Source: Phycisphaerae bacterium
GTDB lineage: Bacteria > Planctomycetota > Phycisphaerae > Phycisphaerales > Phycisphaeraceae
Assembly: GCA_963579995.1 (NCBI GenBank)
Contig: CAUZIY010000001.1
Coordinates: 1,311-65,310, forward strand
Length of the DNA stretch: 64,000 nucleotides
Direction: 5' to 3'
The notes under the pieces were generated by a model. That model had not been told where the DNA came from and did not search any database. It saw only the letters and a list, made by a program, of their open reading frames with translations. Each line of letters starts with the position of its first letter. Position 1 is the stretch's first letter. The position numbers and the translations under genes are program-made. Shown here in pieces: positions 1 to 9,783 of this stretch.

Positions 1-332
1 TCGGTCCGTTGGCAGTTAATCGATCGGGTCAAATTAGCCAGGGCGATGTGGTGGTGGGCCAGGTTCAGATATCGAAGGTTGTCGATGAGCAAGCATTAAC
101 AAAGCAGGGGCAGAATTTATTCAAGATCAATGGACCACGGAATCTACGTCAAATGGATGATGAACCCTCGGTTTTGTCCGGGTTCATTGAGGCCAGTGGT
201 ACAGACCCCATTACTGAACTAATGGATTTGATCGACGCATCTAAGTCGGCAACCAGCAATGCGAATCTGATTCGTTACCACGATCTTCTTTTAGATCGGG
301 CGGTTAATACACTGGGACGTGTTTTGGCATAA
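1..332 (+). CDS. flgF: Flagellar basal-body rod protein, C-terminal fragment (5' end outside the window)
   Basis: The frame is open from the window edge. It has the rod-protein C-terminal domain SGFIEASGTDPITELMDLIDASKS...NLIRYHDLL and lies directly upstream of flgG. Confidence 0.7.
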   Translation, partial: GPLAVNRSGQISQGDVVVGQVQISKVVDEQALTKQGQNLFKINGPRNLRQMDDEPSVLSGFIEASGTDPITELMDLIDASKSATSNANLIRYHDLLLDRAVNTLGRVLA

Positions 333-343
333 AGGATTTCAGC

Positions 344-1141
344 ATGGCCATTGTGGCATTACACTCGGCAGCAACCGGATTAAAGGCAACTTCGCAGAAT
401 ATCGACATCATTGCGAATAATATCGCCAATACCAATACCGTCGGGTACAAGGCACTGCATGGTAATTTTGAAGACTTGCTGTACCAGGAGAAGCAACAGC
501 CTGGTGTGGAAAACGCAGCGGGTGGTCAACGGCCGACGGGATTGTTTGTTGGTTTAGGCACACGGTTGAGTAATACACAAATTGATCTGACCCAGGGGTC
601 CCCCGTTCCCGACACCGGGGAATTAAGCATGCTCATCAGCGGCAAGGGGTTCTTTCAGGTGACCAATGGCGACCAAATTTCCTACACGCGAGCTGGCAAT
701 TTCTTCCAGAACAGTGAAGGTGATCTGGTTCTAGGCAATGCGGCTGGGCTTCGGATTGAGCCGCCAATCAATATTCCTGAGGAAGCAGTCAATGTTTCCA
801 TCTCTGCAGACGGCACCGTGCTCATTACGGTTGAAGATGATCCCAATCAACAAGAAGTGGGTCAGATTGAACTGGCGAATTTTACGAACCCAACCGGGTT
901 GCGGCCGATTGGTGGCAACCTGTATGAGGAGACTTCGGCATCCGGTCCGCCAATTATTGGGAATCCAAACGATGGCTCATTTGGCAGTATTCAACAAGGC
1001 TTTCTAGAAGCATCTAATGTGAATCCGGTTAGTGAATTGGTTCGGCTGATTACCACGCAACGTAACTTTGAATTCAATAGCCAGTCGATTCAGGCTGCTG
1101 ACGAGATACTTCAGGTGATTGCTAACCTTCGACGGTTCTAA
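344..1141 (+). CDS. flgG: Flagellar distal rod protein FlgG
   Basis: N-terminus ATGLKATSQNIDIIANNIANTNTVGYK and C-terminus GFLEASNVNPVSELVRLITTQRNFEFNSQSIQAADE are the canonical rod-protein terminal domains. Length is 265 aa. Confidence 0.95.
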   Translation: MAIVALHSAATGLKATSQNIDIIANNIANTNTVGYKALHGNFEDLLYQEKQQPGVENAAGGQRPTGLFVGLGTRLSNTQIDLTQGSPVPDTGELSMLISGKGFFQVTNGDQISYTRAGNFFQNSEGDLVLGNAAGLRIEPPINIPEEAVNVSISADGTVLITVEDDPNQQEVGQIELANFTNPTGLRPIGGNLYEETSASGPPIIGNPNDGSFGSIQQGFLEASNVNPVSELVRLITTQRNFEFNSQSIQAADEILQVIANLRRF

Positions 1142-1162
1142 TGAGATGAATTGGGACAAATA

Positions 1163-2290
1163 ATGAACGTGCATAGATACCTCAATCAAGTTGTTCTTGC
1201 TTTGGTCGGACTTGTGGTCTATCTGGCGATTGCCCCCGCATCGGCAGACAGCATCCGTCTCTATGACCAAGCAGCGGTCGCCGTATTGGAGGTGACCCTG
1301 GATGACATTGCCGATATCGATGGTCCAACTGTACAGCACCTGGGGAAGCTTGTACTGGCAAAACTCGGATCAAATACGACATCTGTGGATGTATCATTGG
1401 TGGACATTCAAAACACGTTGCTTGGTGCGGGTGTCAATGTTGCGTCAGTATCACTTGGGGGATTCCCGGCATGTCACGTAGAGTGGATTCCCGAACGTCA
1501 ACCTGTTGTTGTTGCATCAGGAAACGCGCCGATAATTGCAAACTCGATTCGTTCGGTGGATACAGATTCCTCCATGTCCTTGCGGGATCATCTTTTCCGT
1601 TGGATGGAACGCTACAGCGGAATCAATGGTGATGAGCTTTACATTCAATTGTCATCACGGGATGCCAAGATGCTTGACCTGCCAGTCAAAGAAGGAACCT
1701 GTGAGTTTTCAGTGTCTGGAGAATCGGTACTTGGCCGCCTCCCGGTCATGATCCGTCAATATAAAGACAGCCGCGTGGTCAAGACGATCAACGTCCGTCC
1801 GTTAGTATCCCGTCGAACATTGGCGGTGGTTGCCATTCGAAAGATCCGATCCGGGGAAGCATTTTCACGGGACAATGTGGCGATACGTCCGGTACTTCTC
1901 GAACGGGATCGTGACCGACCGGTGACTGAATTGTCTGGGGTTCTCGGAAAGATTTCTGATACATCACTTCGATCCGGCACGATTGTTCTTGCCGGCCAAG
2001 TACGGAATCCATTACTTGTGCGTCGAGATGATCTGGTCACGGTGCGTTGTTTTTCCGGTGGCGTAGTTCTCAAGACCATCGGAAGGGCCGAAGAGGACGG
2101 TCGGCTTGGTCAGGTTATCCAGATTTGTAATGAGCGTGCTTTTCGGGAAATGGGGCGTAGACGTGAGGACCGAGTGCGTACAACTTTTGCGGCCCGTGTG
2201 TCCGGTGTTCGCCAGGTCGTCACGCCATTCACGGAACGGGACGTCATGGCCAGTCACCGTGATAAAGAACGCCTTGAAGCAGGAGGTTAG
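1163..2290 (+). CDS. flgA: Flagellar P-ring assembly chaperone FlgA (long form)
   Basis: ATG at 1163 gives a signal-like MNVHRYLNQVVLALVGLVVYLAIAPASA (the ORF track starts at TTG 1151). FlgA/SAF-type core RSGEAFSRDNV...LRSGTIVLAGQV...VRRDDLVTVRCFSGGVVLKTIGRAEEDGRLGQVIQI. Positioned between flgG and flgH. Confidence 0.8.
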   Translation: MNVHRYLNQVVLALVGLVVYLAIAPASADSIRLYDQAAVAVLEVTLDDIADIDGPTVQHLGKLVLAKLGSNTTSVDVSLVDIQNTLLGAGVNVASVSLGGFPACHVEWIPERQPVVVASGNAPIIANSIRSVDTDSSMSLRDHLFRWMERYSGINGDELYIQLSSRDAKMLDLPVKEGTCEFSVSGESVLGRLPVMIRQYKDSRVVKTINVRPLVSRRTLAVVAIRKIRSGEAFSRDNVAIRPVLLERDRDRPVTELSGVLGKISDTSLRSGTIVLAGQVRNPLLVRRDDLVTVRCFSGGVVLKTIGRAEEDGRLGQVIQICNERAFREMGRRREDRVRTTFAARVSGVRQVVTPFTERDVMASHRDKERLEAGG

Positions 2291-2293
2291 CTG

Positions 2294-3010
2294 ATGGTAT
2301 ATCGCGGACGAATGGTTGTTCTTGCCCTGCTGGGTGTTCTGTTCTTTTCCTCTTACGGTATGGCTCAGAGTTCATCGCTCTATTCTAGCCAGGCACCAAG
2401 GCCGGGACCTTCCGATCGGCGGCAATTGAAATATCCGCTTAGTCCGGAAGTGGCTCGCAATAGTTTCGTTGCCGTGGGTCTTCCCGCGCCGCGAAAGTAT
2501 GCATTGCACGATCTGGTGACAGTTGTTGTTCGCGAGTCGATCTCCAATAATTCCCGATCGTCGTTGACGACGCAGAAGGATTTTAAACAGGAAGGGAAAA
2601 TAGAAGCAATTCCAAGACTGCGTCTTCAGGACTTCGTGGATTTAAAGATTAGGCAGGCAACGTTGGATGAAAATCCAGAAGTGGCACTGGAATTTAATAA
2701 GGATTTTGAAGGCGACGGTGCACATCAACAGAAGAATACTTTCATCGCGCGGATCACCGCTCGTATTATAGACATCAAGCCAAATGGAACACTGGTCTTG
2801 GAGGCCCGCAAGAGTATCAAGACAGACAACGAAGCGTTCTCGATGGTCCTGACCGGAACATGTCGCCGGGAAGATATCACTGCAAGTAATACGGTGTTGT
2901 CTACTGAACTCTACGATCTGTTAATCGTGAAACAACACGAAGGCGAACTGCATAGGGCCACCAAGAAGGGGCCTTTGTCAAAGTTGTTCGATGCAATATT
3001 CAATTTTTAA
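2294..3010 (+). CDS. flgH: Flagellar L-ring protein FlgH
   Basis: ITARIIDIKPNGTLVLEARKSIKTDNEAFSMVLTGTCRREDITASNTVLS is the conserved FlgH core, and there is an N-terminal signal peptide. Confidence 0.9.
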   Translation: MVYRGRMVVLALLGVLFFSSYGMAQSSSLYSSQAPRPGPSDRRQLKYPLSPEVARNSFVAVGLPAPRKYALHDLVTVVVRESISNNSRSSLTTQKDFKQEGKIEAIPRLRLQDFVDLKIRQATLDENPEVALEFNKDFEGDGAHQQKNTFIARITARIIDIKPNGTLVLEARKSIKTDNEAFSMVLTGTCRREDITASNTVLSTELYDLLIVKQHEGELHRATKKGPLSKLFDAIFNF

Positions 3011-3040
3011 GTGCCACCCCTTTTTGTTGGCGGAAAATAA

Positions 3041-4120
3041 ATGAAACCGCTATTTTTGAAAATTTCTTTCGTTGCCCTCTGCCTTGTCATGGTCACGGCC
3101 GGTTCGGTCCGGGCGGTTCAGATTGGTGATCTGGTGCGAATCAAAGGTTCTCAGGGCAATAAGCTGGTGGGTATGGGACTGGTTGTCGGTCTCAAGGGGA
3201 CCGGTGACGGCGGAAAGTATTCGCCGGCAATTGATCCGTTGGCGCGAGTTGTCCGCCACTTTATCGATGAGGGGATAGTCAGTTCCGAACTGCGTAACAC
3301 GAAAAATGTGGCACTGGTAGCACTGGAAGCTTTAGTCCCCGCCTCCGGCGTGCGCGAGGGAGATCATCTGGATGTGCATGTCAGTGCGGTGGGTTCGTCC
3401 AAGAGTCTTCGGGGCGGACGGCTGTTGATGATGCCTATGACCGGCCCATTACCTGATTCGCCGACGTATGCATTCGCTTCGGGCCCGGTAACGGTTGAAG
3501 ATGATGAGGTGCCGACAGTTGGTGTTGTACGCCACGGTGCACAGGTAGCACGCGACATTCGCGCACAGTTTATTGATGGTAATGAGTTGACACTTGTTCT
3601 TCGGCAATCTGTCGCCACCTTTCAGACAGCAGTGACGATTGCAGTCACAATCAACAACCTTAACCCCGATGCGCAGCGGATTGCCATAGCCACTGACCAA
3701 AAGAATGTTGTCGTGAAGGTTCCTGGTCCAGAGTTGGCGGATCCTGCTCCGTTTGTTGCTGAGATCCTTTCGCAATATCTCGACCCGGGATTCATTGAAA
3801 CTGGCGCACAGATACGAATTAACGAGAGGACGGGCACTATCGTGATGAGTGGCGACGTGCAGATGTCGCCAGTTGCCATCTCGCACGGTGGTTTAGTTAT
3901 TACGATGACCACGCCCGAACCAAAGCCAACACAGGAGACCCCTCGTGTTGATGAGCATCGTTTTATTGGAGTGGATCCGGCACGACGTGGCGGGGCAAGG
4001 TTGGCAGATCTGATTTCTGCATTTAATCAGTTGAAAGTCGGTGTACGTGATCGTATTGCAATCATCCGAGAGATTCACAGCATGGGAAAACTTCATGCTC
4101 AGATCACATTTGACGAATAA
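3041..4120 (+). CDS. flgI: Flagellar P-ring protein FlgI
   Basis: Signal peptide followed by IGDLVRIKGSQGNKLVGMGLVVGLKGTGDG, the canonical FlgI N-terminus. Length is 359 aa. Confidence 0.95.
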   Translation: MKPLFLKISFVALCLVMVTAGSVRAVQIGDLVRIKGSQGNKLVGMGLVVGLKGTGDGGKYSPAIDPLARVVRHFIDEGIVSSELRNTKNVALVALEALVPASGVREGDHLDVHVSAVGSSKSLRGGRLLMMPMTGPLPDSPTYAFASGPVTVEDDEVPTVGVVRHGAQVARDIRAQFIDGNELTLVLRQSVATFQTAVTIAVTINNLNPDAQRIAIATDQKNVVVKVPGPELADPAPFVAEILSQYLDPGFIETGAQIRINERTGTIVMSGDVQMSPVAISHGGLVITMTTPEPKPTQETPRVDEHRFIGVDPARRGGARLADLISAFNQLKVGVRDRIAIIREIHSMGKLHAQITFDE

Positions 4121-4149
4121 AACACAGCGGATACTCATAAAGTTACGAC

Positions 4150-4566
4150 ATGGAAGTCACCACGAATCATTTGGCAGTCAAATCACTACCTGGTGTTGCT
4201 GGCGAAGGGCCGTCTGGCATTCAATCCGCATCTGCACTGCCGATGGATCATCCGGCCTTTGGTGTCTTGTATGACAAGGCACGGGAAAAGATCAACGAGA
4301 TTGCGGACCAGTTTGTGGCGACGACTTTCTTTTACCCATTACTGCAGCAGGTGTCAGATAGTCCATTTAAGACGGATCGATTTGATGGCGGTTTCACCGA
4401 GCAGGTATTTCGTCAACAGTTGAATGAGCGGTTGGCTGACAATATTGCCGCAGGACACAAAATATCCATAAGTAGTGCCGTTGGCAGGCAATTGATGAAC
4501 TGGCTCAAGAATCAGCCAGTTGAAACAGTCAAGAGAATTGCCGAGGAGGTAGATACCGTTGGATAG
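4150..4566 (+). CDS. Rod-binding protein (FlgJ N-terminal-domain-only, no muramidase domain)
   Basis: FVATTFFYPLLQQVSDSPF...FDGGFTEQVFRQQLNERLA resembles the FlgJ rod-binding domain. It lies directly after flgI. Confidence 0.65.
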   Translation: MEVTTNHLAVKSLPGVAGEGPSGIQSASALPMDHPAFGVLYDKAREKINEIADQFVATTFFYPLLQQVSDSPFKTDRFDGGFTEQVFRQQLNERLADNIAAGHKISISSAVGRQLMNWLKNQPVETVKRIAEEVDTVG

Positions 4567-5074
4567 TCAAGTTGAATACATAGTGAAAGAGTTGGCAGAG
4601 ATACTGCGCAAGTTATTGACGGTGCACGGAAAATTACTTGAAAAACTTGACAGCAAGCAAGATGCGCTGCGATCAGCGGGGTATCAGGATTTGACAGATA
4701 TCTGCGACCAGGAAAATCAACTCGTGCAAGAGATCAGTGAACTGGAGAAACATCGACTGCGGTTGATCGCCTCTTTGACGCTTTGCATTGACCCCCGAGC
4801 AGAAGAGCCAATGCGGCTGATGGCTGTAGCCGAGCGATTGGAAGAACCATGGCGAGGTAAGTTGCTTGTTCTTCGTCAACAGTTGCTGGATCGTGCCAAG
4901 GCAGTCAGGAGTAAGGCTAGGGTTGTACGACGATCCACGGAAACACTGGTCACGCATATGCAGGGTCTGGTGCAGACAATCGGTGCGGTTTGGGGTGGCG
5001 TGGGGCTTTACGGCCGTGATGGCACACCACCCGGTGAAGCAATGGCACTGCGAACAGTCAACATGACCGCATAG
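4559..5074 (+). CDS. FlgN-like flagellar export chaperone (putative)
   Basis: A 171-aa helical protein (LLEKLDSKQDALRS...QENQLVQEISELEKHRLRLI) immediately upstream of flgK/flgL. The TTG start overlaps the preceding stop by 8 nt. Confidence 0.5.
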   Translation: MDSQVEYIVKELAEILRKLLTVHGKLLEKLDSKQDALRSAGYQDLTDICDQENQLVQEISELEKHRLRLIASLTLCIDPRAEEPMRLMAVAERLEEPWRGKLLVLRQQLLDRAKAVRSKARVVRRSTETLVTHMQGLVQTIGAVWGGVGLYGRDGTPPGEAMALRTVNMTA

Positions 5075-5089
5075 GGAACGGAGCTCGAA

Positions 5090-6799
5090 ATGCCATTAGG
5101 TGGGGCATTACAGATCGGCAACTCGGCTCTGGTCGCACACCAAGCGGCGATTGAAGCGGCGGGTAATAACCTGGCGAATCTAGCCACGCCTGGTTACCAC
5201 CGCCAGAAGGTTGAGCTGGTGCCGCATCGCAGCACCGAGTTTCAATCAGGGCTGTTCATTGGGCGGGGGGTGCAGATAAACGCGATTACCCGACAAGTGG
5301 ACAATGTCCTGGAAGGCCGTATCCGGGCGAGCATTTCCAGTCAGGCCTATTCGTTGGCGCGTAAAGAGGTGCTTACGCAGATTGAAGCTCTGCAAAATGA
5401 GTACTCTGAAGCAGATTTATCGTCCCGTCTTGATGCCTTTCTTCATGCCTGGAGTGAGCTGTCAACACCAGATCCCCAGGATCATGCACTTCGAACCCTG
5501 GTCATTCGTGAGGGATCGCAGCTCGCTGATTTCGCCAAGGGGCTGCATGGTGGGTTGGCTCAGCAGCGGACACAGGTAGACAATTCGATTGATGCGGCTG
5601 CAATCGTTGCAGATGATCTGCTGACGCAAATTGCCGCCGTCGATCATCAGATCATGAAAGCCAACCCCACGGGTGATGGGGCGCCGACATTGCGTGATCG
5701 GCGTGATGTAATGCTTGCCGAGTTGGGGGAGTATGTTGATGTGTCGGTGCATGAACATCCCTCAGGTTCGATGGATGTCTTTATTGGTTCAATGCCGGTG
5801 ATACTGAATGGTGAAAGTCGTGGAATTCGTATCGAACGCCTGAACATTGATGGTGAACTGGATGTGCGACTTGTTGTCAAGGACAACGGCACAGCCCTTT
5901 TTCCGACTTCCGGACGCATCGGCTCCTTGATGGATGTTCGCGAACGGGATGTAAATTTTGCAATTGATGATCTTGATGCGTTCATCAACGAGTTGATATT
6001 TCAAGTCAATAAGATTCACAGTCAAGGCCAGGGTTTGTCCGGATGGGATTCGGTCACATCAACGAATCGTGTATTGGACCCGACATTTGCACTGAATGAT
6101 GCTGCCAGTGGCCTCGGGTTTACACCGGAGCACGGTAGTTTCCAGTTACATGTGAGGCAAAAGTCAACTGGTGAGATTCGTTCATCGACCATCCAGGTTG
6201 ATCTTGATGGTATTGATGCAGGGAATGACACGCGATTGGGGACATTGCAGGCGGCGATCAGTGCCGTGAGTAACGTGACCGCTTCTGTTACGCCGGACGG
6301 TCGCCTGGCTATTGCGGCCCAGGGCAGTGATGTTGAGATTTTATTCAGTGAGGATTCAAGTGGTGTCCTGGCTGCACTTGGGATCAATACGTTCTTTGAG
6401 GGAAGTGGTGGCGGCAATATTGCCGTTAATAAGCTGGTGGCACAGAGCCCGGGGCTGGTGGCCGCATCTCAGGACCATACCGTTGGGAATAACCATAATG
6501 CGTTGGCGATGGTTGAACTCGGCAAGCAACAAATAGACGCCTTTAATGGTCTTACATTTCAGCAATCATGGGCCAGGCGGGTTGGGGATTTTGCTTTACG
6601 GATTAACCAGATAAATGAGCAACTGGAGTCCGATACGATTGTCACCGCCAGCTTGAGGGCCCAACAACAGAGTGTCAGTGGCGTCAATACGGATGAAGAA
6701 CTAATCAATCTCCTGGCATTCCAGAGAGCCTACCAAGGTAGCGCGCAATTCCTGAAGGTCGTAGACGAACTCTTGGAGACATTGGTGTCATTGGTTTAA
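5090..6799 (+). CDS. flgK: Flagellar hook-associated protein 1 FlgK
   Basis: N-terminus LQIGNSALVAHQAAIEAAGNNLANLATPGY and C-terminus DEELINLLAFQRAYQGSAQFLKVVDELLETL. Confidence 0.9.
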   Translation: MPLGGALQIGNSALVAHQAAIEAAGNNLANLATPGYHRQKVELVPHRSTEFQSGLFIGRGVQINAITRQVDNVLEGRIRASISSQAYSLARKEVLTQIEALQNEYSEADLSSRLDAFLHAWSELSTPDPQDHALRTLVIREGSQLADFAKGLHGGLAQQRTQVDNSIDAAAIVADDLLTQIAAVDHQIMKANPTGDGAPTLRDRRDVMLAELGEYVDVSVHEHPSGSMDVFIGSMPVILNGESRGIRIERLNIDGELDVRLVVKDNGTALFPTSGRIGSLMDVRERDVNFAIDDLDAFINELIFQVNKIHSQGQGLSGWDSVTSTNRVLDPTFALNDAASGLGFTPEHGSFQLHVRQKSTGEIRSSTIQVDLDGIDAGNDTRLGTLQAAISAVSNVTASVTPDGRLAIAAQGSDVEILFSEDSSGVLAALGINTFFEGSGGGNIAVNKLVAQSPGLVAASQDHTVGNNHNALAMVELGKQQIDAFNGLTFQQSWARRVGDFALRINQINEQLESDTIVTASLRAQQQSVSGVNTDEELINLLAFQRAYQGSAQFLKVVDELLETLVSLV

Positions 6800-6817
6800 G
6801 ACCAAGGTGTCGGATTT

Positions 6818-8791
6818 ATGATTCACATTAGCAGCGCAGCAACATCGCGCAGTACCTTTCTGGCAGCAAGCGATACTTTGCTGGGATCGATGAACCGAAC
6901 CCAGTTGGCGCTGTTCAAACTTCAGCAGCAGATTAGTACTGGTCGCCAGATTGACAAGCCTTCTGATGCGCCGGAACGGACTTCAACCATATTGGCGTTG
7001 GAAAGCCAGATCAGTGACCGAATCCAGCACGAGAAGAATAGCCAATACGCTTCGGGTTTGCTAGACAACACCGACAAGGCGCTTGGTGACGCCACCAATA
7101 TATTGCGGGATGCCCAAGGGGTTGCAATGAATATGCTCCAGCAAAGAGATGCTAAGGAGCGTGCTGCCCAAGCGACAATTGTTGATGGTCAGCTACAAGG
7201 ATTGATGGCCCTGGGCAATCTTCAGTATCAGGGCGTCTCTCTATTTGGAGGAGAAAGCAGCGCTGCGGCCCAACAGCCCGTCTTTGTCGAATTCCTGGGC
7301 GGTGTGCGATATATTGGTGCGAACTCAAATCTTACGGGCGATGTTGGTGGTCTAACGCCGTTTGAAATCAATAGCAACGGGCAGGAAGCCTTCGGGGTGT
7401 ACTCTGGCCGGGTCAAGAGTCAAGTGGACCTTGACCCGCTTGCCACGGGGATGACTCGGATTTCCGATGTGCGTGGCGCGCCGGGTCAGGGGGTACAACT
7501 TGGTTCAGTCGAAGTTATGGTAGATACGACCGTGGTGCCTGTGGATCTGCTTTCTGCAGACAATCTCGGTGATGTGGTTACCCGAATTCAGCATGCGATT
7601 GATAGTGTGGATCCCACTGCGGGCACTTTTGATATTTCGGGTAATGGCTTTCAACTCACGGCGAATACCGGTCACCTGATTACAATTTCAGATATCAATT
7701 CGGGTCAGACATCGGCCGATCTTGGGATCATCATGAACTCGTCCGGGGGAATGGCTTCAGTTGGCCAGGATCTTAGATCTCACCTAACAACCCGCAGCGA
7801 GCTTTCAGCACTGGGCACTGCCATTGATTTTGAGAGCGGCTTAAATATTTCACAGGGCATGGTGACCAAGGTGGTGGAATTTTCTTCAGCCATGACCATA
7901 GAAGATATGATCAATGAAGTTGCGCGTTTAGATCTTGGTTTGCGGCTTGAAATCAACGAGACACAGACAGGGCTTAACTTGATCAGTGAGGTTAGTGGGC
8001 TGGAACTATCTGTTGGAGAGAATGCCGGTGGCACCACCGCTTCAGATCTTGGCTTGCGGACATTCGGGTATGACACGGCACTGAATGACTTTCGATTTGG
8101 CCTAGGCATCGAGCCCGAGAAAGGCAAGGATGATTTTGCGATTGCGTTGCACAATGGGCGAAGTTTTCAGGTGAATATCGATGGGAGCGCAAATGTTTCC
8201 GACGTGCTGAATGTGATACGGGATTCGGCCTTGGGGGCAGGCCTTGCAGTCGGGGTGCCGGGTGATACCGGGACAGACATCAACATTGGGCTCGCTTTAG
8301 ATGGCAACGGCTTTCAGTTTGAGGACGGGACCGTGGGGGCAAATAATTTCCGAATTATGAATTTGGGAACGAGCCTGGTGGCTAGACAACTGGGTATTGA
8401 AGCCGGTGCGGGTTTGGGGAACCAGATCATTGGTGAAGATATGGCAAAGGTGCAGGTGAAGGGTGCTTTTACTCATTTGATTAATTTGCGGGATGACTTG
8501 GGTAACAACGACGAGTTTGGCATGGGAATTGCTCTTAATGGAATACTAGATGATATCGAGAACACGATTATTGCCCATGCAAATGTCGGAATCAGGGCTC
8601 AGCAGGTCCAACTGCAACAGGAAAGGTCCCAAGAGTTGAGAATTGCGGAATTACAACTGCTCAGTGAGATTCAGGATACAGATCTGACGGAGGCAGTCAC
8701 TCGATTGGTTCAGCTACAGCAGCAGTTGCAGGCAACGTTACAGATTGGCGCGTCCAACATGAGCTTGACCCTATTGGATTTTTTGCGCTAG
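6818..8791 (+). CDS. flgL: Flagellar hook-associated protein 3 FlgL (long form, 657 aa)
   Basis: Flagellin-like termini (LGSMNRTQLALFKLQQQISTGRQIDKPSDAP ... TDLTEAVTRLVQLQQQLQATLQIGA). It follows flgK. Confidence 0.8.
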   Translation: MIHISSAATSRSTFLAASDTLLGSMNRTQLALFKLQQQISTGRQIDKPSDAPERTSTILALESQISDRIQHEKNSQYASGLLDNTDKALGDATNILRDAQGVAMNMLQQRDAKERAAQATIVDGQLQGLMALGNLQYQGVSLFGGESSAAAQQPVFVEFLGGVRYIGANSNLTGDVGGLTPFEINSNGQEAFGVYSGRVKSQVDLDPLATGMTRISDVRGAPGQGVQLGSVEVMVDTTVVPVDLLSADNLGDVVTRIQHAIDSVDPTAGTFDISGNGFQLTANTGHLITISDINSGQTSADLGIIMNSSGGMASVGQDLRSHLTTRSELSALGTAIDFESGLNISQGMVTKVVEFSSAMTIEDMINEVARLDLGLRLEINETQTGLNLISEVSGLELSVGENAGGTTASDLGLRTFGYDTALNDFRFGLGIEPEKGKDDFAIALHNGRSFQVNIDGSANVSDVLNVIRDSALGAGLAVGVPGDTGTDINIGLALDGNGFQFEDGTVGANNFRIMNLGTSLVARQLGIEAGAGLGNQIIGEDMAKVQVKGAFTHLINLRDDLGNNDEFGMGIALNGILDDIENTIIAHANVGIRAQQVQLQQERSQELRIAELQLLSEIQDTDLTEAVTRLVQLQQQLQATLQIGASNMSLTLLDFLR

Positions 8792-8973
8792 GAAGCGCAG
8801 GTATTGCGCGGTGATGGCAGCCTACGGCCAGTTTCTATCGCCGCAGAGTGTTGACCACCGGCAGGAAGCCGGAACCATCGAATACCAGCAACTTGCGGCA
8901 CTTAAAATCCGCAGACGCTCAATTGATGGTGAAAATGGATCCAGGATGGATGGCCGGTTAGAGGATTGGCAAG

Positions 8974-9420
8974 ATGCTCATCAACACGACACGGTTTGGA
9001 AGAATGGAAATTGATGACCAGAGGATCATGACTTTTCCCAAGGGTATTCTCGGTTTTTCCCGCGAGAAGCAATACGTTCTGATGGAAGCGTCGAAAGATA
9101 GTTGCTTCTTCTGGCTTCAGGCGATCAATCGTCCGGATCTTGCATTCGTCATCACGGATCCCAGTTTCTTTGTTTCGAGCTACCGAGTGCCACTTAACAG
9201 TGATCAGATGCGAGAACTGGGGATTGAAATCTTAGATGACGCTCAAGTCTTCGTTATTGTAAACAAATATGACAATACCCTGACGGGTAATCTCCAGGGT
9301 CCGTTGGTGATTAATACCAAAGATCGGCTGGGTGAACAGTTGGTTTTGTCGGACCGGCGATTCACAACACGGATGAATTTGGTCGAGTTAAGCGTCCCAC
9401 TGGAAGCGGTGTCTGCCTAG
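8974..9420 (+). CDS. fliW: Flagellar assembly factor FliW (CsrA antagonist)
   Basis: INTTRFGRMEIDDQRIMTFPKGILGF...FFWLQAINRPDLAFVITDP is the characteristic FliW N-terminus. It is adjacent to csrA. Confidence 0.92.
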   Translation: MLINTTRFGRMEIDDQRIMTFPKGILGFSREKQYVLMEASKDSCFFWLQAINRPDLAFVITDPSFFVSSYRVPLNSDQMRELGIEILDDAQVFVIVNKYDNTLTGNLQGPLVINTKDRLGEQLVLSDRRFTTRMNLVELSVPLEAVSA

Positions 9421-9459
9421 GGTGAGATGCCCTTCGTGTGATCACATGCCTGGCCAGGC

Positions 9460-9480
9460 AGTAGCACAGGAAGTGCTGCT
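9460..9480 (+). promoter_or_regulatory. GGA-loop hairpin in the csrA leader (candidate CsrA site)
   Basis: Stem AGU-AGCAC (9460-9467) pairs with GUGCU-GCU (9473-9480), including one G-U pair. The loop is AGGAA. A second GGA pair (ACGGAAGGAG) forms the Shine-Dalgarno sequence just before ATG 9520. Confidence 0.3.
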
Positions 9481-9519
9481 AGATATCTCCGGATTTAGGC
9501 CCACGGAAGGAGCCGATTC

Positions 9520-9783
9520 ATGTTGGTGCTTTCACGTCAACGCGACGAAGCGATCGTCATAGGTGACGATATCGAGATCACCATCGTTGATATCCGCGGT
9601 GACAAGGTTCGCCTGGGTATCAATGCACCTAGGCAAGTGAAGGTTCACCGTAAGGAGGTGTATGAAGCGATCAAGCGGGAAAATACTTCCGCCAGCCAAG
9701 TTGGGCGCAATGTGCTGGATGCTATTGACGAGAACTTGCGAGAAGCAAGGAAAAGTAGCAATGGATACTCGCAGCTTATATGA
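9520..9783 (+). CDS. csrA: Carbon storage / translational regulator CsrA (long C-terminal form, 87 aa)
   Basis: [51 protein letters not shown] is near-canonical CsrA. AAGGAG Shine-Dalgarno sequence upstream. Confidence 0.95.
   Translation: MLVLSRQRDEAIVIGDDIEITIVDIRGDKVRLGINAPRQVKVHRKEVYEAIKRENTSASQVGRNVLDAIDENLREARKSSNGYSQLI

Noticed and set aside
8903-8929. Sigma-28-like motif upstream of fliW (TAAA-N15-ATTGATGG).
   Set aside because: The -10 element matches only 3 of 8 consensus positions, which is too weak to call.
8811-9014. A 67-aa GTG-initiated ORF between flgL and fliW (possible FlgM?).
   Set aside because: It overlaps the fliW start and lacks the FlgM-like C-terminal helices. Its sequence looks like translated spacer. 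I treat the 182-nt region as the non-coding leader of fliW.
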